Shown: one piece after another, positions 41,551 through 50,622 of the stretch
Numbering within the stretch: position 1 is the stretch's first letter
How the letters are laid out: each line of letters begins with the position of its first letter
DNA from: an uncultured Actinomycetes bacterium
GTDB taxonomy: Bacteria; Actinomycetota; Thermoleophilia; Solirubrobacterales; Solirubrobacteraceae
Assembly: GCA_963821355.1 (NCBI GenBank)
Contig: CAWGDO010000003.1
Coordinates: 10,981 to 74,980 of the forward strand
Reading direction: 5' to 3'
DNA length: 64,000 bases
Made by a program: the position numbers and the translations under genes
Notes under the pieces: model-generated
Database searches by the model: none
What the model was told of the DNA's origin: nothing
The model's input: the letters and a program-made list of their open reading frames with translations, nothing else

Positions 41551-41765
41551 CAGGCTGTCGGGGCGCCGGAAACTGTGCGCGCGTCGAGGTAGCGCGGGAT
41601 CGCGGCCATCGTGGTCAGCTCGCCGTAGTCCTGCTCGGGGATGTTGATGCCGGTCGCCTCGTTGAGGGCGATGACGATGTTCAAGATGTCCATGGAGTCG
41701 AGCTCGAGATCCTCGCGCAGCAGAGCACCGTTGTCGAGCGTCGCACGATCGATGTCGGGCGCCAC
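41550..41765 (-). CDS. Acyl-carrier-protein-like carrier protein (71 aa)
   Basis: ...LREDLELDSMDILNIVIALNEATGINIPEQDYGELTTMAAIPRYL. The DSMD phosphopantetheine-attachment context and length match the ACP/PCP fold. Confidence 0.6.
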   Translation of the reverse strand: MAPDIDRATLDNGALLREDLELDSMDILNIVIALNEATGINIPEQDYGELTTMAAIPRYLDARTVSGAPTA

Positions 41766-41799
41766 GTCGAGCGCCGCGTCGACGACCTCGCTGTGGAAA

Positions 41800-41830
41800 G
41801 TCCGCAGACGTGCAGCACGTATCTGCGGAC
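41800..41830. promoter_or_regulatory. Candidate operator: perfect 9-bp inverted repeat GTCCGCAGA-N13-TCTGCGGAC in the ACP-USP / OsmC divergent intergenic region
   Basis: ggaaAGTCCGCAGAcgtgcagcacgtaTCTGCGGACgtg read directly. The AGTCCGC half-site is shared with 4282-4304. Confidence 0.35.
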
Positions 41831-41863
41831 GTGCCGGACCCCTCAGTGGCGTTCACTGTGGAC

Positions 41864-42274
41864 ATGAGCCTCACCGCCACCGCCCGGTCGGTCGGCAACA
41901 GTTTGCGCCAGGACGTCCTGGTGGACAATCGCCACCGGCTGGTCACCGACGAGCCGCAGCGGCTCGGGGGCACCGACACGGGACCGGCGCCGCACGAGCT
42001 GCTGCCGGCGGCACTGGCTGCCTGCATCGCCGTGACGATCCGGATGTACGCCCGGACGAAGGGCTGGGAGCTCGGCGAGCTGAGCGTGGACGTCGTCTAC
42101 GACAACGTCTCGACGCCCCGGCGCTTCGACGTCACCATCGACCTGCCGCGCGGGCTGAGCCCCGAGCAGGTGCGGCGTCTGATGCGCGTCGCCGAGGCCT
42201 GCCCCCTGCGCCGCTCCATCGAGGCCGGCATGGTCTTCGACGAGCACCTGCCGCGCGGGCGCGACGCCGCCTGA
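41864..42274 (+). CDS. OsmC/Ohr-family peroxiredoxin-like protein
   Basis: Typical OsmC length (~136 aa) with two conserved cysteines (..AACIAV.., ..AEACPL..). Confidence 0.7.
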   Translation: MSLTATARSVGNSLRQDVLVDNRHRLVTDEPQRLGGTDTGPAPHELLPAALAACIAVTIRMYARTKGWELGELSVDVVYDNVSTPRRFDVTIDLPRGLSPEQVRRLMRVAEACPLRRSIEAGMVFDEHLPRGRDAA

Positions 42275-42281
42275 GCGCGCG

Positions 42282-43199
42282 TCAGGCCGCGCCGCGAGCG
42301 CGGAGCAGCCCGAGACCCGAGCGCACGGCCGCGAGTGGCCGCACGGTGCGAAACGCGATCATCGCCGCAACGATGCCAAGGCACGCGTTGACCATCGTGA
42401 CGCCGACCTGCATGCCCACCGAGAACGACACCGCGGCCGCGGCCGCGACCGTCTGGTGCAGTGCGGCGGCGAGCATGAGCTGCTGTGTGCCGGCGCCCCC
42501 GGGCGTGAGCGGCACCACCGTCGAGAGCCCGGCCACGACCATCACGAGCCCCGCTGCGGGGAGGGAGGCGGGCAGGCCGAACGCCTCGAGCAGGAGGAAG
42601 ACCACCGCGATCCGGCAGACCCACGCCCCCGCCTGCACGAGCGCCACCCTGCGTGCGTAGTGCCGCGGGGTCCGCAGGATCGCGCCGCCCTGCGCAACGG
42701 CGTGGCGCAGCGCGCGCAGGCGCGCGGCGAGGCGCGGCATCGCCAGGGCGCCCCCGATCACGGCGAGCACCGCGACCGCCGCGGCAAGCGCGACGCCGAT
42801 GCCCGGCGAGGGCAGGCTGGGAGCAAACGCGACAGCGCCCGACGCGCAGACAAGCACGACGAGGGCCGTGCCGGCCAGCGTGTCGAAAAGCACGACGACC
42901 GACATCGTCGCCGCGATCGTCGCCACGCTGGACCCGGCGACCCGCGCGCGGGCGAGCGCGACCTTGGCGGCGTCACCGCCGCGGCCGGGCAGGGCGGCGT
43001 TGAGTGCGACGCCGACCGCGTAGGCCGCACCGACGTCCAGGAGGCTGACACGGCGGTCGGGATACGCGGCGGCGAGCACGTTGCGCCAGGCGACCGATCG
43101 CAGCACGTGGTTGGCCAGGTGGAAGCACAGGGCCAGCACGGCCAGCCGGAGGTCGACCTGCTCGAAGCGCTCCCCCACGGCAGCGACGAGCGCGATCAT
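42282..43199 (-). CDS. UPF0104 / lysylphosphatidylglycerol-synthase-TM-like (flippase-like) membrane protein
   Basis: ~8 predicted TM helices and AAYAVGVALNAALPGRGGDAAKV, matching the LPG_synthase_TM domain. Confidence 0.55.
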   Translation of the reverse strand: MIALVAAVGERFEQVDLRLAVLALCFHLANHVLRSVAWRNVLAAAYPDRRVSLLDVGAAYAVGVALNAALPGRGGDAAKVALARARVAGSSVATIAATMSVVVLFDTLAGTALVVLVCASGAVAFAPSLPSPGIGVALAAAVAVLAVIGGALAMPRLAARLRALRHAVAQGGAILRTPRHYARRVALVQAGAWVCRIAVVFLLLEAFGLPASLPAAGLVMVVAGLSTVVPLTPGGAGTQQLMLAAALHQTVAAAAAVSFSVGMQVGVTMVNACLGIVAAMIAFRTVRPLAAVRSGLGLLRARGAA

Positions 43200-43855
43200 G
43201 CCCCCACGCGGAGGTCAGCCAGCTCGGCGGCCACGAGCTCGGGACGCTCGGTGATGAGTCCCTGGACGCCCCAGCCCACCAGGTCGCGCACCTGCTCGCA
43301 CGTCTGCACCGGCCACGTCATCACCAGCTTGGCCCGGCGGCGCAGGTCCCACACCGTCGGCGCGTCGAGCAGCTTGCGATGGATCGAGACCCCGTGCAGC
43401 ATGCGGCCCTCGAAGCGACGGCGCAGCGCCTCGAGCTGGCGACGGGCTCCAATCGAGTGCACCGGGCGAGCGCCCGGGATCGCCGCCACCCCATCGAGCA
43501 GGGGCCAGTGGCGGGCGCAGACGGTCACCGGGGCGCCGGGGGGGTGCTCGGCCAGCTCAGCGGCGACGAGCGCCGTCAGGCGAGCGTCGCGACCCTTGAG
43601 GTCGAGCAACAGCTCCGTGCCCGGGCACACCGCGGCGAGCAGCGCGCCGAGGCGCAGCCGCGGCGTCCACGGCGGGGCGAGCGTCCAGCAGTCCCAGAGC
43701 AGCGGCACCGGGCCGAGGGTCTTGAGGTGGCGAACCTCGATCCGGCCCGCATACAGGTGCAGGTCCGCCTCGACGACTGGCAGGCCGAGCTGCTGGGCCC
43801 GGCGCAGGCCGTCGAGATCGTTGCCCGACCGATGGGCGATGACGAACGGCCCCAT
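43196..43855 (-). CDS. Glycerophosphodiester phosphodiesterase (GDPD) family protein
   Basis: N-terminal FVIAHRSGN and ...VEADLH..., the catalytic GDPD pattern. ATGA overlap with the downstream gene. Confidence 0.65.
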   Translation of the reverse strand: MGPFVIAHRSGNDLDGLRRAQQLGLPVVEADLHLYAGRIEVRHLKTLGPVPLLWDCWTLAPPWTPRLRLGALLAAVCPGTELLLDLKGRDARLTALVAAELAEHPPGAPVTVCARHWPLLDGVAAIPGARPVHSIGARRQLEALRRRFEGRMLHGVSIHRKLLDAPTVWDLRRRAKLVMTWPVQTCEQVRDLVGWGVQGLITERPELVAAELADLRVGA

Positions 43856-44567
43856 CGCGGGCGAGTGTAGGACGCCGCGGCCGGCGTCCCGCACGGTCCA
43901 CGACAACGAGGGTAGAAACTACGATCAGCGTCCCGACCACGACGTCCAGGACGAAGTGGTTGGCCGTCGCGATCACGGCCAGCACCATCGCGATCGGCAT
44001 GAGCACGGCGAAGGCCCGCAGCGCCCGCTGTTCGGTGGCCCGGAAGATCACGATGCCCAGCAGAACGTTCCAGCCGGCATGGAAGCTCGGCATCGCGGCG
44101 TACTCGTTGACCAGCGCAGCGGGCAGGACGGAGCGGTATCCGCTCGCGTAGTACGTGACGGTGTCGACCGCGCCCATGCCCGCCAGCCGGGGCGGCGCGA
44201 CAGGGAACAGCACGAAGATCACGAGGCCGACGGCGCCCGAGATCAGGCAGACGTTGCGCAGAAGCCGGTAGTCCCGGGGCCGGTAGCGAAAGAGCAGCAC
44301 GCCTGACAGCACCAGCAGCGGCCAGTGGCCGAAGATGTAGATCCAGTTGGCGATCGCCACGAGCATGTGGTGGCCGAGGATCGCGGCCTGCGCTGCGTGC
44401 TCCCACTCGATGCCCGCGAGGCGCTCGACGCGCTCGACCGAGTCGGCGTTGGCGACGGCCTGCGGGACGCTGCCCTCGGTGAGAGCGCGGACGCCGAAGT
44501 AGGTCAGGTAGCCGCCCGCGAAAATCGCGAGCTCGCGGACGCCGAGCCACCGGGCGCGCGCCTCCAC
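43557..44567 (-). CDS. PAP2 (type-2 phosphatidic-acid phosphatase) superfamily membrane protein
   Basis: PAP2 motifs (..KxxxxxRP..PSFHAGW..) and six TM helices. The last ~100 codons are low-complexity and overlap GDPD, so the true 3' end is probably earlier. Confidence 0.55.
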   Translation of the reverse strand: MEARARWLGVRELAIFAGGYLTYFGVRALTEGSVPQAVANADSVERVERLAGIEWEHAAQAAILGHHMLVAIANWIYIFGHWPLLVLSGVLLFRYRPRDYRLLRNVCLISGAVGLVIFVLFPVAPPRLAGMGAVDTVTYYASGYRSVLPAALVNEYAAMPSFHAGWNVLLGIVIFRATEQRALRAFAVLMPIAMVLAVIATANHFVLDVVVGTLIVVSTLVVVDRAGRRPRRPTLARDGAVRHRPSVGQRSRRPAPGPAARPASRRGGPAPVCGPDRGSPPQDPRPGAAALGLLDARPAVDAAAAPRRAARRGVPGHGAVARPQGSRRSPDGARRR

Positions 44568-44568
44568 G

Positions 44569-45738
44569 TCACACCCCCGCGCTCGCCCGGGCCGCTGGAC
44601 GGTGCGGTGCCCGGAAGTCGTCGAGCGCGCGCGTGGCCGCCTCGTAGCCCTGGCGGATCAGCCGCGGCCAGTGCGAGCGATCGATGAACAGGTCATAGAA
44701 TCTGACGCCGCGCAGCTCGCGATAGTCGACCGGGTCGACGATCGTCAGGGCGTCGCCCAGACGGCGTTTGGTCCGTTGGGCGAACTCGAGGTGGTAGCCC
44801 TGCTCGAGCTGGCGACTGGCCCGCAGAATGCCGAGCCGGTGGGCCTGCCAGCCGGTGATGTCCTGCGGCTCGAACTGCGCCGGGAGCATGAAGTTCGCGC
44901 CGACGACGTAGTCAAAGTCGCCGTCTTCGAGCACCGGCTCGGCGGGGAAGAGCTCGATGATCCCGCCGTCGACGTAGAGGTGGCCACGCACGGGGACCGC
45001 TTCGATGAAGACCGGCAGGGCGATCGCGATGCGAACGAGTTCGCCGATCGTGAGCTCCGGCGTGCGGCGCGTTCCGAAGTACTCCACGCGGCCGAGGTCC
45101 ATGTTGTAGACGATCGTCGTGATCGGAAAGCGCGTCTCGCCCACGGCCATGCCGCGCGTCCGCTCCTCGAACAGGTGTTGCACGGCCTCGCCCTTCGCCA
45201 GGCCGGTGAACCCGCGCAGCGCAGCGAGCGCGAAGCGGGGCGCATTGCGCCACTGGATGTCGAGGTAGTCCTCGGGACGCCACGACAGCGAGAAGCGCGC
45301 CATCTCGTAGGCGCTGAGCCCCGCCGCCCACATCGCGCCCCAGATGGCACCGCCGGAGCACGCGCTGAGCGCGGCCGGCCGGATCCCCGCCTCTTCGAAG
45401 GCCCGTGCGATGCCGATCAGCGACACGCAGGCGCCACCGCCGCCGCTGGCGATGACCGCCACGCGCTTGCCCTCGAGGGCCGGCACCGGCCGCAAGACGG
45501 GTCGGGGCGGTAGGGGGTTCTCGACGCGCGGGGCGTGGTCGACGTACGGAATCGGCAGCAGCGCATGCCGCGCGCGCAGCAGGAACGCCGGATCCGCCGT
45601 CTCGCGGACCAGGTCGCCGAGCTCGTTGGCTCGCGCGAACGCCCGTTTGAGGCCGTAGAGATCAAGCAGATCCACCATGCCTTCGACGTTAGTCCCGAGC
45701 ACCGCGCCCGCCATCCGCGCGGCGCCGCGTACCGCCAT
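44569..45738 (-). CDS. Patatin-like phospholipase
   Basis: IASGGGGAC glycine-rich oxyanion motif, GxSxG-type CSGGA and a DGG catalytic dyad motif. Start uncertain (45678-45738). Confidence 0.7.
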   Translation of the reverse strand: MAVRGAARMAGAVLGTNVEGMVDLLDLYGLKRAFARANELGDLVRETADPAFLLRARHALLPIPYVDHAPRVENPLPPRPVLRPVPALEGKRVAVIASGGGGACVSLIGIARAFEEAGIRPAALSACSGGAIWGAMWAAGLSAYEMARFSLSWRPEDYLDIQWRNAPRFALAALRGFTGLAKGEAVQHLFEERTRGMAVGETRFPITTIVYNMDLGRVEYFGTRRTPELTIGELVRIAIALPVFIEAVPVRGHLYVDGGIIELFPAEPVLEDGDFDYVVGANFMLPAQFEPQDITGWQAHRLGILRASRQLEQGYHLEFAQRTKRRLGDALTIVDPVDYRELRGVRFYDLFIDRSHWPRLIRQGYEAATRALDDFRAPHRPAARASAGV

Positions 45739-45868
45739 GTGGTGAATCCCGGAGCGCGAGCGTGGCGGCTTTCTACCGAGGCGATGCGCACGGCCGCCCG
45801 GATGCGGACCGCCCCGCAGACGCCTAGCGTCAAACCCGGAACGTGTGCCCATCGAAGGGAGGTATGAC

Positions 45869-46306
45869 ATGCCCGGAACCCTCATTCGCTGGGATCCCTT
45901 CGCCGAGCTGCCGGAGTTCCGCGGCTGGTTCGACCGGCTGCTGGACGACTTCGGGACTGCCCGTGCGCGCGAGTGGACGCCGGCCGTGGACGTGGTCCGC
46001 GACAACGGCAACCTCATCCTGCGCGCGGACGTGCCGGGGATCGAGCCCGAGGAGATCAGGATCGAGATCCGCGAGGGCTATCTGACGTTATCCGGCGAGC
46101 ACGAGGAGACCACGGAGGAAACGGAGAAGCAGTACGTGCGCCGCGAACGGCGCTATGGCAGCTTCTCCCGGAGCGTCCCGCTGCCCGAGGGCGTCGAGGC
46201 CAAGAAGATCAAGGCCAAGACGCACGACGGCGTGCTCGAGGTGACGATCCCGCTACCGAAGCAGGTGGCGGTGGAGCCGATCACGATCACGCCGACCGTC
46301 GAGTAG
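45869..46306 (+). CDS. Hsp20/alpha-crystallin small heat-shock protein (HspX/Acr-like)
   Basis: GAAGGGAGG Shine-Dalgarno sequence 6 nt upstream. ACD domain with DV(R/K)..L.L.A.LPGV...I.I and an IxI-like C-terminus. Confidence 0.85.
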   Translation: MPGTLIRWDPFAELPEFRGWFDRLLDDFGTARAREWTPAVDVVRDNGNLILRADVPGIEPEEIRIEIREGYLTLSGEHEETTEETEKQYVRRERRYGSFSRSVPLPEGVEAKKIKAKTHDGVLEVTIPLPKQVAVEPITITPTVE

Positions 46307-46325
46307 CCCGCTTCCAGGTCAGGCC

Positions 46326-46359
46326 GATGGGCGGCGTCCATTGCCGGTCGCCGCCCATC
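46326..46359. terminator. GC-rich hairpin: 11-bp perfect inverted repeat GATGGGCGGCG-N12-CGCCGCCCATC between hsp20 and acg
   Basis: Read directly from sequence, 20 nt after the hsp20 stop. No U-tract follows, which is common in high-GC genomes. Could be a terminator, an attenuator or a protein-binding site. Confidence 0.3.
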
Positions 46360-46451
46360 CGGCTGCAGGGGCCGCCCACCGTACTTTCTGCGGTCGCTGG
46401 ACGCGGCCCTCTGCCGATGATCGCCTGACCCGCATCGGTCACGGTCGTCGC

Positions 46452-47444
46452 ATGAGCAAGATCACCGCGCGCGAGGCGCGACACCTGGCGCCGGAGGCGC
46501 TCGACACGATTCTGCGCGCCGCTGTCCTCGCGCCCTCCACGCACAACACGCAGCCCTGGACATTCGCCCTCGAGCCCGGCGTCGTCGACCTGCGCGCGGA
46601 CCGCACGCGCGCGCTGCCCGTCAACGATCCGGAGGACCGCGAGCTGACCATCAGCTGCGGTGCCGCGCTGTTCAACCTGCGCGTGGCGGCGTGCCACGCC
46701 GGCGCCGCGCCTGCGATCGAGCTGCTGCCAGATCCGGGCGACCCGGACCTGCTGGCCACCGTCGTGCTGCACGGCGGCGGCCGGCCTCCCGCGGACGTCG
46801 AGCGCCTGAACGCGGCGATCGCACGGCGCCGCACCCACCGCGACGGCTTCGCCGACCTCGACCTACCGCCGTGCCTGGGCAACGAGCTGCGAGGCATCGG
46901 CCATGCCGAGGGCGCCTGGCTGGAGCTCGTGGACGTGGACACGCTCGACGACCTGGCCGATCTCATCGCCGAGGCCGACCGCATGCAATGGGCCAACCGC
47001 CATTGGCGCCGCGAGCTCGCCGCGTGGATGCATCCGCGTCGCGCCAACGACGGCCTCGCCATGCCCGACCTCGTCGCGCCGCTGGCGCGCGCGACGGTCG
47101 CGACGCTGGACGTCGGTATGCCGACCGCCGCCCGCGACCGCGATCGCGCGCGGGAGGCGCCGGCGATCGTCGTCCTCGACACCCACGGCGACCGCCCGCG
47201 CGACTGGCTCATCACCGGCATGGCGCTCGAACACGCCCTTCTGCACGCGGCGTCACAAGGCGTCCAGGCCTCCTATCTCAACCAACCGATCCAGGTCGCC
47301 GAGCTGCGGATGCGAGTGGCCTCGCTGCTCGAACGTCCGTGCTTCCCGCAGGTGGTCATGCAACTCGGGCATCCGGCACATCCGGCCGGCCCGGCCCGGC
47401 GCCGCCCGCTGGCCGACGTGATCGAGTCCGCCGAGGGCCCCTGA
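46452..47444 (+). CDS. acg: Acg-family nitroreductase-like protein (tandem nitroreductase folds)
   Basis: LAPSTHNTQPW (NfnB-like FMN-site motif) and a 330-aa two-lobed architecture like Mtb Acg/Rv2032. Confidence 0.8.
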   Translation: MSKITAREARHLAPEALDTILRAAVLAPSTHNTQPWTFALEPGVVDLRADRTRALPVNDPEDRELTISCGAALFNLRVAACHAGAAPAIELLPDPGDPDLLATVVLHGGGRPPADVERLNAAIARRRTHRDGFADLDLPPCLGNELRGIGHAEGAWLELVDVDTLDDLADLIAEADRMQWANRHWRRELAAWMHPRRANDGLAMPDLVAPLARATVATLDVGMPTAARDRDRAREAPAIVVLDTHGDRPRDWLITGMALEHALLHAASQGVQASYLNQPIQVAELRMRVASLLERPCFPQVVMQLGHPAHPAGPARRRPLADVIESAEGP

Positions 47445-49891
47445 TGGCCTCCCGCAACGGGAGCCGCCCCGACAGGCGCGCCGCGGCCGGCGCCGCCGAG
47501 CTTGGGCCCGACGAGCTGCGCAGGCGCTGCGACCCGGCGACGCTCGGCTTCACCACTACCTCAGAGCTGCCCTCGCTGCCGGGCCAGATCAACCAGGACC
47601 GGCCGGCTGCCGCGATCGACTTCGCCCTGGACATGCAGGGCCGCGGGTACAACCTCCTCGTCACCGGGGTCCCCGGGACCGGCCGCCGGACGACCGTCCT
47701 CGCGCGCCTAGCCGCGCACGGCGCCAAGCGCCCGACGCCGCCAGACTGGGTCTACCTCTTCAACTTCGCCGAGCCCGCACGCCCGCTCGCCGTGGCGCTG
47801 CCCACTGGTCGCGCCCGCGAGCTCGCCGCCGCGATGGAGGCGTTCGTGGAGGCCGTGGGCAAGGAGATCCCGCGCGCCTTCGAGAGCGAGAGCTACCGCG
47901 AGCGCCATGACGCGGCCGTCGCCGACCTTGAGCGCCGCCGGCAGGAGGGCCTGGATCGCGTGCGCGGCCACGCCGCCCGGCGGGGGCTCGCGCTCGAGCT
48001 CACGCCCTCCGGGGTGGTGATGATGGCGCTCGTGGACGGCCACCCGGTCGGTCCGGAGGACTTTGCGCGTCTCCCGCAGGAGACCAGGGACGAGCTCAGC
48101 GCTGCCCAGCGCGAGATCGAGAGCGAGATGACCGACCTCATGGGCGTCGTCCGCGAACTCGATCGCGAGGGGCGCGAGCGCATCCGCAAGCTCGATCGAG
48201 AGGTCGCGCTGTTCGCCGTGGGGCACCTGATCGACGACCTCAAGGCGGCCTTCCAGGAGCCGGACGCGATCGGCCGCTGGCTCGAGCAGGTACGCGAGGA
48301 CGTCATCGCGAACCTCGCCCGGTTCGTCGGCGAACCGGAGAACGACGCGGTCGCCCTCCGCCAGATCGCGGGCATGACGGGCGGCCAGGCGGGCGCCCGA
48401 TTTCCACGGCGCTATGGCGTCAATGCGTTCGTCGCGCACGACGGCGCCGACGGGGCGCCGATCGTGGTGGAGACGAATCCCAGCTATCAGAGCCTGTTCG
48501 GGCGCATCGAGTTCGAGAGCATGCTCGGCGCGGTCGCCACCGACCACGGCCACCTGCGGGCGGGCGCGGTCCACCGTGCCAACGGCGGCTACCTCGTCCT
48601 GCGCACGCTCGAGGTCATCACGCGGCCCCTGCTCTGGAGCAAGCTCAAGGAGGTCCTGCGAACCGGGAGCGTGCGGCTGGAGAATCCCGGCGAGCAGCTC
48701 ATGCTGTTCCCGACCGCGTCGCTGACTCCGGAGGCCGTCGACGTCGACCTCAAGGTCGTGCTCGTGGGCTCGCCGGAGATCCACCGGCTGCTGGACGCCC
48801 TCGACGAGGACGTCCGCGATCTCTTCCGCGTGCGCGCCGAGTTCGACATCGAAGTGCCGTGGAGCGACGAGCAGGTCCGCGAGTACGCCGGCTTCGTCGC
48901 CGACTACGTCCGCGAGCGCGGCCTGCGCCACTTCGATCCGGGCGCCGTGGCCCGCGTGGTCGAGCACGGCGCCCGCGTCGCCGGCGATCAGCGCAAGCTC
49001 ACCACGCGTTTCGCGGGCATCGGCGAGCTCGTCGCGGAGGCCAGCCACTGGGCGGGCGAGGCGGGCCGCGAGACGGTGACCGGCGCCGACGTGCAGGACG
49101 CGATCGAGCGCCGGATCCACCGCTCCGACCTGCTCGAGAACCGCCTCGACGAGCTCATCGCCGACGGGACGCTGATGATCGCCGTCGACGGCGAGCGAGT
49201 CGGCCAGGTCAACGGCCTGTCGGTCGTGGCGCTCGGGGACTACGACTTCGGCCGGCCGATCCGGATCACCGCCACGACCGCCGGCGGTCGCGGCGAGGTG
49301 GTCAGTATCGACCGGGAGACGGAGCTCAGCGGCGCGATCCACGACAAGGGCTTCCTCGCCCTGCGCGGCTACCTCGAGCAGCGTTACGGCGAACGCGCCC
49401 CGCTGACGCTCGTCGCCAGCGTGACGTTCGAGCAGTCCTACGCCGGCGTCGAGGGCGATTCCGCCGCCAGCGCCGAGCTCTACGCGTTGCTCTCGAGCCT
49501 CGCCCGCGTCCCGCTGCGCCAGGGCATCGCGGTCACGGGGTCGGTCAACCAGCACGGCGAGGTCCAGGCGATCGGCGGCGTAAACGAGAAGATCGAAGGC
49601 TTCTACCGCGTCTGCAGCCGCGCAGGGCTGACCGGCGAGCAGGGCGTGCTCATCCCCCGCGCCAACGTGCGCCACCTGATGCTCAGCGACGAGATCGTCG
49701 AGGCGGTCAGGGCCGGGCGCTTCCACGTCTGGGCGGTCGCCACCATCGACGAAGGTCTGGAGTTGCTGACCGGCCTGCCGGCCGGCAGCCGCGGCCCGGA
49801 CGGCGCCTTCCCGGAAGGCACCGTGCACTGCCGCGTGGAGGAACGGCTGTTCTCGCTGGGCGACGCGGCTGGCACTCTCGAGGAGGTCTAG
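47444..49891 (+). CDS. Lon-like ATP-dependent protease (AAA+ domain + S16 Lon proteolytic domain, COG1067/LonB-like)
   Basis: Walker A LLVTGVPGTGRRT, an AAA+ core, and a C-terminal S16 domain (..GDSAASAELYALLSSLARVPLRQGIAVTGSVNQHGEVQAIGGVNEKIEGF..). ATG overlaps the acg stop (TGATG). Confidence 0.8.
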   Translation: MASRNGSRPDRRAAAGAAELGPDELRRRCDPATLGFTTTSELPSLPGQINQDRPAAAIDFALDMQGRGYNLLVTGVPGTGRRTTVLARLAAHGAKRPTPPDWVYLFNFAEPARPLAVALPTGRARELAAAMEAFVEAVGKEIPRAFESESYRERHDAAVADLERRRQEGLDRVRGHAARRGLALELTPSGVVMMALVDGHPVGPEDFARLPQETRDELSAAQREIESEMTDLMGVVRELDREGRERIRKLDREVALFAVGHLIDDLKAAFQEPDAIGRWLEQVREDVIANLARFVGEPENDAVALRQIAGMTGGQAGARFPRRYGVNAFVAHDGADGAPIVVETNPSYQSLFGRIEFESMLGAVATDHGHLRAGAVHRANGGYLVLRTLEVITRPLLWSKLKEVLRTGSVRLENPGEQLMLFPTASLTPEAVDVDLKVVLVGSPEIHRLLDALDEDVRDLFRVRAEFDIEVPWSDEQVREYAGFVADYVRERGLRHFDPGAVARVVEHGARVAGDQRKLTTRFAGIGELVAEASHWAGEAGRETVTGADVQDAIERRIHRSDLLENRLDELIADGTLMIAVDGERVGQVNGLSVVALGDYDFGRPIRITATTAGGRGEVVSIDRETELSGAIHDKGFLALRGYLEQRYGERAPLTLVASVTFEQSYAGVEGDSAASAELYALLSSLARVPLRQGIAVTGSVNQHGEVQAIGGVNEKIEGFYRVCSRAGLTGEQGVLIPRANVRHLMLSDEIVEAVRAGRFHVWAVATIDEGLELLTGLPAGSRGPDGAFPEGTVHCRVEERLFSLGDAAGTLEEV

Positions 49892-49896
49892 GCGCG

Positions 49897-50622
49897 GTGT
49901 CGCCTGCGCAGGCCGCGATCCGGGTCGACCGGCTGCTCGTCCGGCGCGGCGGCAACGAGGTTCTCCACCGCGTCTCGCTCGCAGTGCCCGCCGGGGAGAT
50001 CACCGGACTGCTGGGCCCGAGCGGGTGCGGCAAGACGACGCTCATGCGCGCGATCGTGGGCGTCCAGATCATCGATTCGGGCACCGTCGAGGTGCTCGGC
50101 CTGCCGGCGGGGGCGCCGGCGCTGCGGCGCCGGGTCGGCTACATGACGCAGTCGCCCTCGGTCTACCGTGATCTGACGACCCGCGAGAACCTACGCTACT
50201 TCGCTCGCGTGCTCGCTGCGCCCGCCGGCCGAGTCGACGAGGTGATCGCCACCGTCGACCTTGGCGACCGCGCCGACCGTGTTGTGAGCTCGCTCTCGGG
50301 AGGCGAGCAGGCCCGCGCCTCCTTGGCGACCGCTCTGCTGGCCGAGCCGCAGCTGCTCGTCCTCGACGAGCCGACGGTCGGCCTCGACCCGCTCCTGCGG
50401 CGGGAACTGTGGAGCACGTTCAGAGCGCTGGCGTCCCGGGGCGTCACGCTGCTCGTCTCCAGTCACGTGATGGACGAGGCCGAGCACTGCGACGCGCTCG
50501 TCCTCATGCGCGACGGCGACGTGGTCGCCAACGAGGCACCGGACGACCTGCGGCGGCGGACCCGCTGCGACGACCTCGAGGAGGCGTTCGTCGCGCTGAT
50601 CGAGCATCGGGTCCCGGCATGA
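49897..50622 (+). CDS. ABC transporter ATP-binding protein
   Basis: Walker A GPSGCGKTT, LSGGEQ signature and Walker B LLVLDEPT. AGGAGG Shine-Dalgarno sequence 10 nt upstream of the GTG start. Confidence 0.85.
   Translation: MSPAQAAIRVDRLLVRRGGNEVLHRVSLAVPAGEITGLLGPSGCGKTTLMRAIVGVQIIDSGTVEVLGLPAGAPALRRRVGYMTQSPSVYRDLTTRENLRYFARVLAAPAGRVDEVIATVDLGDRADRVVSSLSGGEQARASLATALLAEPQLLVLDEPTVGLDPLLRRELWSTFRALASRGVTLLVSSHVMDEAEHCDALVLMRDGDVVANEAPDDLRRRTRCDDLEEAFVALIEHRVPA

Noticed and set aside
40651-42027. 458-aa ORF treated as one protein
   Set aside because: The upstream part is in a different frame from the real genes. The locus resolves into an ACP-like gene (41550-41765) and a USP (40651-41550) joined by a TGATG overlap.
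47708-49828. 706-aa minus-strand ORF
   Set aside because: It is antisense to the Lon-like protease, which has Walker A and S16 motifs. It is a shadow ORF.
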